From the NCBI GenBank assembly GCA_944386285.1, contig CALXAM010000084.1:5572-69571 (forward strand): DNA of 64,000 nucleotides, read 5' to 3'. This document shows positions 55,183 to 64,000 of the stretch, piece by piece. Positions within the stretch are counted from its first letter, which is position 1, and the number at the start of each line of letters is the position of its first letter. The stretch is from an uncultured Clostridia bacterium. GTDB lineage: Bacteria; Bacillota; Clostridia; Oscillospirales; Ruminococcaceae. Made by a program: the position numbers and the translations under genes. A model generated the notes under the pieces. It was not told the origin of the DNA, did no database searches, and worked only from the letters and a program-made list of their open reading frames with translations.

Positions 55183-55994
55183 AAGATATTTTAACAGCAC
55201 CGTTTGTCGAAGAGATGAAAAAGATGACAGCCAACATGTATCGGCTTGGCTGGGACGAACGAAACGGCGGAAACATCAGCTATTTGTTAGACGAAAACGA
55301 AGTGTCGGAGTATTTGGATACAGCGCATGTATGCAGAACGATACCGATCGGGTTTTCTGCACCGTCGCTGATTGGAAAGCTGTTTATTGTGACCGGTACG
55401 GGAAAATATTTTAAAAATGTGGCGGACGATCCGCAGACGAATTTGGGTATTATCCGGATTGCAGAAGATGCGCAGACCGCGGAACTTCTCTGGGGATTTG
55501 CGGATGGTGGAAAATTTACGTCAGAACTTCCCGCGCATTTGATGAGCCATATGGCAAGACTGGCTGTTGATCCGCAAAACCGCGTCATTATGCACACGCA
55601 TCCGACCCATACGCTTGCAATGAATTATGTGCATGAACTGGACGAAAAAGCACTGACGCACACGCTTTGGGAGATGTGCACGGAATGTATTGTGGTATTT
55701 CCGGACGGTGTCGGCGTACTGCCATGGATGCTCTGCGGCACGAATACAATCGGTGAAGCAACCGCGCAAAAAATGAAAGAATTCCGATTGGTCGTATGGG
55801 CAATGCACGGCATGTACGGCGCGGGAAAAACACTGGATGAAACATTCGGACTGATTGAAACAGTCGAAAAAGCGGCGCAGATCTATATGCTGACCGCTCA
55901 TCTGCCGCGGATCAATACCATCACAGATACACAGTTAAAAGACTTGGCAGAACTTTTCGGCGTTATCTACCGAAAAGACTTTTTAAACCTGTAA
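55179..55994 (+). CDS. rhaD: Rhamnulose-1-phosphate aldolase
   Basis: LGWDERNGGNISYLLD corresponds to E. coli RhaD GWDERNGGNLTLRLD. The start overlaps the rhaA stop (ATGA). Confidence 0.92.
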   Translation: MKDILTAPFVEEMKKMTANMYRLGWDERNGGNISYLLDENEVSEYLDTAHVCRTIPIGFSAPSLIGKLFIVTGTGKYFKNVADDPQTNLGIIRIAEDAQTAELLWGFADGGKFTSELPAHLMSHMARLAVDPQNRVIMHTHPTHTLAMNYVHELDEKALTHTLWEMCTECIVVFPDGVGVLPWMLCGTNTIGEATAQKMKEFRLVVWAMHGMYGAGKTLDETFGLIETVEKAAQIYMLTAHLPRINTITDTQLKDLAELFGVIYRKDFLNL

Positions 55995-56015
55995 CGGAAG
56001 CAAAGGAGAAGCACT

Positions 56016-57149
56016 ATGACACTGACAGAGAATGTTTCTGCAATTTTGCATGAAAAACCGTATGACTATATGCCGGTTGTTTCGTTTGGATTCTGGAATG
56101 AAACGCTTCAAAAATGGGCAAAAGAAGGACATATCACAAATGAAGAGGCGCAGGGCTATGCACAGTACGGCGACAACTCGCCGGCAGATCAGTCTGTGAT
56201 GAAAAAGCTCGGATTTGATTTTAACTGGAATTCCTGCTTTGTCACAAACTGCGGACTGTCCCCGACGTTTGAGCCTCAAGTTTTAGAGCGGCGCACCGAT
56301 CAAAGTTATGTGATGCGTGATGAGCAGGGACTCATTATCCTCCAAAAAGATGGAATTGTTTCGATTCCGGCTGAAATCGGAACGACACTCACAGACCGCG
56401 ACGTTTGGGAAAAAGAATATCTGCCAAAACTTCAGTGGAACAAAAACCGTGTGGATTTTGATACGCTGAACCGCATCAAGACACAGGAGCGAACGATTCC
56501 GGTTGGTATTCACTGCGGTTCGCTTGCCGGATATATGCGCAATCTGCTTGGATTTGAACAATTTTGCTATTTGCAGGCGGACGATGAAGATCTCTTTGCC
56601 GAAATCGCGGACACGATCGCAGCGCTTTGCTATCAAAATACGAAAACTGCCTTAGAAAGCGGTGTGCAGTTTGACTATGCGCATTTTTGGGAGGATATCT
56701 GCTTTAAAAACGGTCCAATGATTTCACCGGAGGAGTTTGATCGGTACTTTGGCCGTCATTATAAACGAATCACCGATCTTTTAAGCGAATATGGAATTGA
56801 TATTGTTTCGGTGGACTGTGACGGCTTGATCGATGCACTTGTTCCGGTGTGGCTCAAAAACGGCGTCAACACCATGTTCCCGATTGAAGTAGGAACATGG
56901 AATGCAAGTATTGCTTCATGGCGCGCACAATACGGAAACCGAATCAAAGGTGTCGGCGGAATGAACAAAACAGTCTTTGCAAAAGACTTTGAGGCTGTTG
57001 ACCGTGAGATTGAGCGGCTCATCCCGCTCATCAAAGCTGGCGGTTATATTCCGTGTCCCGATCATCGAATCGCACCGGATGCAAAATTTGAAAATGTTCA
57101 GTACTATTGCAGCAAATTAAGAGAAGCTTGTTCAAAAGAGAACAAATAA
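56016..57149 (+). CDS. Uroporphyrinogen decarboxylase (URO-D) family protein of unknown function
   Basis: This 377-aa protein has a URO-D/MtaA-like C-terminal pattern (YIPCPDHRIAPD, FWEDICFKNGPMISP). It starts 21 nt after rhaD with an AAGGAG SD and is followed by a strong terminator. Confidence 0.7.
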   Translation: MTLTENVSAILHEKPYDYMPVVSFGFWNETLQKWAKEGHITNEEAQGYAQYGDNSPADQSVMKKLGFDFNWNSCFVTNCGLSPTFEPQVLERRTDQSYVMRDEQGLIILQKDGIVSIPAEIGTTLTDRDVWEKEYLPKLQWNKNRVDFDTLNRIKTQERTIPVGIHCGSLAGYMRNLLGFEQFCYLQADDEDLFAEIADTIAALCYQNTKTALESGVQFDYAHFWEDICFKNGPMISPEEFDRYFGRHYKRITDLLSEYGIDIVSVDCDGLIDALVPVWLKNGVNTMFPIEVGTWNASIASWRAQYGNRIKGVGGMNKTVFAKDFEAVDREIERLIPLIKAGGYIPCPDHRIAPDAKFENVQYYCSKLREACSKENK

Positions 57150-57160
57150 TTCCTTTTACA

Positions 57161-57198
57161 CAGCAAATCAAAGAATTGTCTTTGATTTGCTGTTTTTT
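57161..57198 (+). terminator. Rho-independent terminator ending the rhamnose operon
   Basis: A perfect 13-bp stem (cagcaaatcaaag with ctttgatttgctg) has a 6-nt loop and is followed by TTTTTT. Confidence 0.9.
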
Positions 57199-57328
57199 AT
57201 TGTATGCCGGACAAAAAAATACGTTTGCTTTATGAAAAACGGAAGAAAATATAGTGTATCGCTTGAATTACAAGCGAAAAATTGATAAACTATTAAAGTA
57301 GGAAAAAGAAAGCAAAGGGATGACGTAT

Positions 57329-58210
57329 ATGAATTTTGTAGAGGATTTTTTCAATCAGATCTATGGTGTGTTGCGCACATTTACTATTTTTGATGCCATT
57401 GACATTATCCTGCTCGCTTACATTACTTATGTCGTCATCAATTTTGTCAAGGAAACACGAGCGGGACAACTTGTAAAAGGTGTGTTGCTTCTCGTTGTTT
57501 TTTATTTCCTTGCCGTACAGTTTAATTTAAAAGCAATGAGCTTTCTCTTTCAAAATATCTTTCAAATCGGTATCATTTCGCTTATCGTACTATTTCAGCC
57601 GGAAATTCGCCGGGCACTTGAACGTGCAGGAAGAACAAAGGTTGCTGATTTGAATGTGTTTGGAACAGATGATGCAGAGCGTATGGCTGAAACGTGGGAA
57701 CATGGAATCGAACAGATTTGTGAAGCCGTTCGCAGTCTTTCCAAAACGAAAACAGGTGCACTGATTGTCATTGAGCGAAAAACAAGGCTTGGCGAGCAGG
57801 TAGACACCGGTGTGCTGCTGCATGCAACGATCAGTACAGAATTGCTTTTAAATATTTTCTTCGTCAATACGCCGCTGCATGACGGTGCAGTGATTGTACG
57901 TGACGGACGAATTTTAGCAGCGGCATGTTTTCTGCCGAAACCGCAAAACGAAGAACTCATTGCAACAAACTTTGGTTCCCGCCACCGTGCGGCTCTTGGT
58001 ATCAGTGAGGTTTCCGATGCAATTACCATTGTGGTTTCCGAAGAAACCGGTACGGTATCGACGACGGAAGACGGTCAGATGATTCGAAACTTTACGCCTG
58101 AATCACTGGCGGAGCATTTACGTGCAAAACTGATTCCGACCGAACACGAAGAGAGCCGTACGAAAAAGCTGGTTAAGAAATTCACGTTTTGGAGGAGGAA
58201 AAAACAATGA
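57329..58210 (+). CDS. cdaA: Diadenylate cyclase CdaA
   Basis: Three N-terminal TM are followed by a DisA_N domain (HDGAVIV, GSRHRAALG). ATG 57329 has better SD spacing than the track start 57320. Confidence 0.92.
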   Translation: MNFVEDFFNQIYGVLRTFTIFDAIDIILLAYITYVVINFVKETRAGQLVKGVLLLVVFYFLAVQFNLKAMSFLFQNIFQIGIISLIVLFQPEIRRALERAGRTKVADLNVFGTDDAERMAETWEHGIEQICEAVRSLSKTKTGALIVIERKTRLGEQVDTGVLLHATISTELLLNIFFVNTPLHDGAVIVRDGRILAAACFLPKPQNEELIATNFGSRHRAALGISEVSDAITIVVSEETGTVSTTEDGQMIRNFTPESLAEHLRAKLIPTEHEESRTKKLVKKFTFWRRKKQ

Positions 58211-59466
58211 AATGGAATTTTGCTTTTTCAAAACTGTTGGATAATAAAAAATTTTTAATTGCGCTTTCCATCATCATCGCGGTGATCGCATGGTTTACCG
58301 TAGCAACAACGTTTGATCCTTATCAGGAGCGCGTAGTTACCGATGTACCGATTACATTGAATCTTGCCGGAACCACTGCGGAAGCGCAGCAGCTCAGCGT
58401 CATTGAAGGCGCAGATGCAACAATCAATGTAAAAATTCAAGGAAAACGTTATTTGATTGCGGATGTGACAGCAGACGATTTTATTGTCACACCAAATCTG
58501 ACATCTGTAACTGCGCCGGGTCAATATGAAGTTTCACTGAGTGTACAAACCAAAGATCCCAATGAATCCGACTTTTCGATTCAGGATTATACACAGACTG
58601 TCAAACTTCGGTTCGATCATGTAAAATCGGTAAGCTTTGATCTTGAAGCAAAAGCGGATTTTGTCACTGCAAAAGAAGGCTATATCAAGGAAACACCGAC
58701 TGCAACGCCGAGTTCTGTCATTATCACCGGTGCACAAACTGAGATCGAACAGATTGCAAAATGTGTTGTCGAATACAACAAGTCAGCCGTTTTGTCAAGC
58801 ACCTTGACCGCTGAAGGTGAACTTGTTTTGTATGATGCGTCTGGCGAAAAGTTAGACTTAAAATATGTTTCTTTTTCAGAAACTTCGTTCCAAATTACCG
58901 TTCCGATTTATCTGGAAAAAGAATTCCCGATTGAACTAAGCTTTATCAACACAAACGGAATTGACACATCGAAATTTAGCTATACGTTATCCGCAGAAAC
59001 GGTACACTTAGCAGGTCCGGAAGAAATCATCAACAAACGTGAAAAAGTAACAATCGGTCCGCTTGATTTAACAAAGCTCGATATCGGAACTGTATTCACG
59101 TTCCCGCTTGATTTGGATGCCGGCGAAATTGATATTGACAATGTAGGGGAAGTAACGGTCGAAATTGACAGCAGCAATTTTGAAAAAAGTACAATGCAGA
59201 TTCTTGCGGATAATATTGTGTTAAAAAATGCACCTGCTGATTTGGACGTTACACTGCACAGCACATCAATCAATAATATTAAGATGGTTGGTGATAAATC
59301 CGACATTGAATCGTTGACTTCAAGTGAATTGTTTGCCTCGGTTGATTTGACGAATATCGAAGAAGGGACCTCACGTGTACGAGTTTCCATCTATGCAACC
59401 GGCAACAAATTTGTATGGGCAGTAGGCGAATACTATGTCACGGTGAAATCAGAAAAGAAAACGTAA
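58207..59466 (+). CDS. cdaR: CdaA regulatory protein CdaR (YbbR-like domains)
   Basis: The start was trimmed to ATG 58207 (ATGA overlap with cdaA). An N-terminal TM is followed by repeated beta-rich YbbR-type modules, in the conserved position after cdaA. Confidence 0.85.
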   Translation: MKWNFAFSKLLDNKKFLIALSIIIAVIAWFTVATTFDPYQERVVTDVPITLNLAGTTAEAQQLSVIEGADATINVKIQGKRYLIADVTADDFIVTPNLTSVTAPGQYEVSLSVQTKDPNESDFSIQDYTQTVKLRFDHVKSVSFDLEAKADFVTAKEGYIKETPTATPSSVIITGAQTEIEQIAKCVVEYNKSAVLSSTLTAEGELVLYDASGEKLDLKYVSFSETSFQITVPIYLEKEFPIELSFINTNGIDTSKFSYTLSAETVHLAGPEEIINKREKVTIGPLDLTKLDIGTVFTFPLDLDAGEIDIDNVGEVTVEIDSSNFEKSTMQILADNIVLKNAPADLDVTLHSTSINNIKMVGDKSDIESLTSSELFASVDLTNIEEGTSRVRVSIYATGNKFVWAVGEYYVTVKSEKKT

Positions 59467-59476
59467 AGGAGTATTT

Positions 59477-63376
<3,900 letters not shown>

Positions 63377-63395
63377 ATAAAGGAGTACAAAGACA

Positions 63396-64000
63396 ATGGA
63401 ATTATATAATCAAACGGCAGCTTCCCTTGCAAAAATGCTTCAGAACAAAGAATGCAGCAGTGTCGAAGCAACACAGTCTGTGCTTGATCGAATTGCCGCA
63501 GTGGAAGATACCGTTGGTGCATTTGTCACCGTAACCGGCGAAGAAGCACTGCGCCGTGCAAAAGAAATCGATGACCGCCGTGCAGCAGGTGAGGAGCTCC
63601 CGCCGCTTGCAGGTGTTCCGGTTGCAATCAAAGACAACATCTGCACCAAAGACGTCAAAACAACTTGTTCGTCGAAAATGCTTGAAAACTTTGTTCCGCC
63701 ATACAACGCAACCGTTATGGAGCGGTTAAACCGTGAAGGCACTGTCATGGTCGGCAAACTCAATATGGATGAATTTGCAATGGGTTCTTCCTGCGAAACA
63801 TCCTATTTTAAAAAGACGAAAAACCCACACAATCCGGAGTATGTGCCGGGCGGCAGCTCAGGCGGCAGTGCAGCAGCTGTTGCAGCTGGAGAAGCGTTTG
63901 TTTCGCTCGGTTCAGATACCGGTGGTTCCATCCGTCTGCCGGCATCCTACTGCGGCGTGATCGGATTAAAACCGACTTACGGCAGTGTTTCCCGTTACGG
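63396..64000 (+). CDS. gatA: Glutamyl-tRNA(Gln) amidotransferase subunit A, N-terminal part (runs off the right edge)
   Basis: It is not in the ORF track because it is edge-truncated. ATG 63396 follows an AAGGAG SD, and the product reads [19 protein letters not shown]...[15 protein letters not shown]...[12 protein letters not shown]...[12 protein letters not shown], the amidase signature. Confidence 0.92.
   Translation, partial: MELYNQTAASLAKMLQNKECSSVEATQSVLDRIAAVEDTVGAFVTVTGEEALRRAKEIDDRRAAGEELPPLAGVPVAIKDNICTKDVKTTCSSKMLENFVPPYNATVMERLNREGTVMVGKLNMDEFAMGSSCETSYFKKTKNPHNPEYVPGGSSGGSAAAVAAGEAFVSLGSDTGGSIRLPASYCGVIGLKPTYGSVSRY

Overview
This is a densely packed, mostly plus-strand chromosomal segment. 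It looks like an anaerobic Firmicute of class Clostridia, probably gut-associated. That placement is an inference from gene content: an rnfCDGEAB operon, an ECF transporter module followed by truA, a choloylglycine-hydrolase-type Ntn hydrolase, DUF3794, Gram-positive SD sequences and TTGACA/TATAAT promoters. I support about 65 protein genes, one tRNA-Thr(CGU), about a dozen intrinsic terminators and a few near-consensus promoters. Two edge-truncated genes are absent from the ORF track: a DUF3794 gene at the left edge and gatA at the right edge. Recognisable blocks, in order: a lipoprotein/ABC-2 operon (571-5101, minus); HD-cupin-hcp; nagB; a NYN-LOTUS/DEAD-box/mutY/ade operon; a pentapeptide-repeat gene plus two MATE pumps; fba; ogg; tRNA-Thr; ddh; ruvCAB; glmM; ecfA1A2T-truA; a ClpE-like ATPase; an FMN-binding lipoprotein/ApbE/NusG-II/Gx module fused to rnfCDGEAB; ispF; DUF3343 plus cysteine desulfurase; a rhamnose locus (GH78-like, AraC, rhaBAD, URO-D-like); cdaA-cdaR; ligA-gatCA. 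I saw no CRISPR array, transposase, integrase, phage genes or recognisable defence system, so this reads as core genome. I cannot point to a convincing undescribed system. The best candidates for a second look are modest. (1) The leader-controlled lipoprotein / double-ABC-2 permease operon with a possible 22-aa upstream sORF. (2) The NYN-LOTUS nuclease gene coupled to a DEAD-box helicase. (3) The NusG-II/Gx membrane pair between ApbE and Rnf. (4) The URO-D-family gene co-transcribed with rhaBAD. Many track ORF starts were trimmed to the first start codon with a plausible SD. All family assignments come from motif recognition by eye, not from searches.
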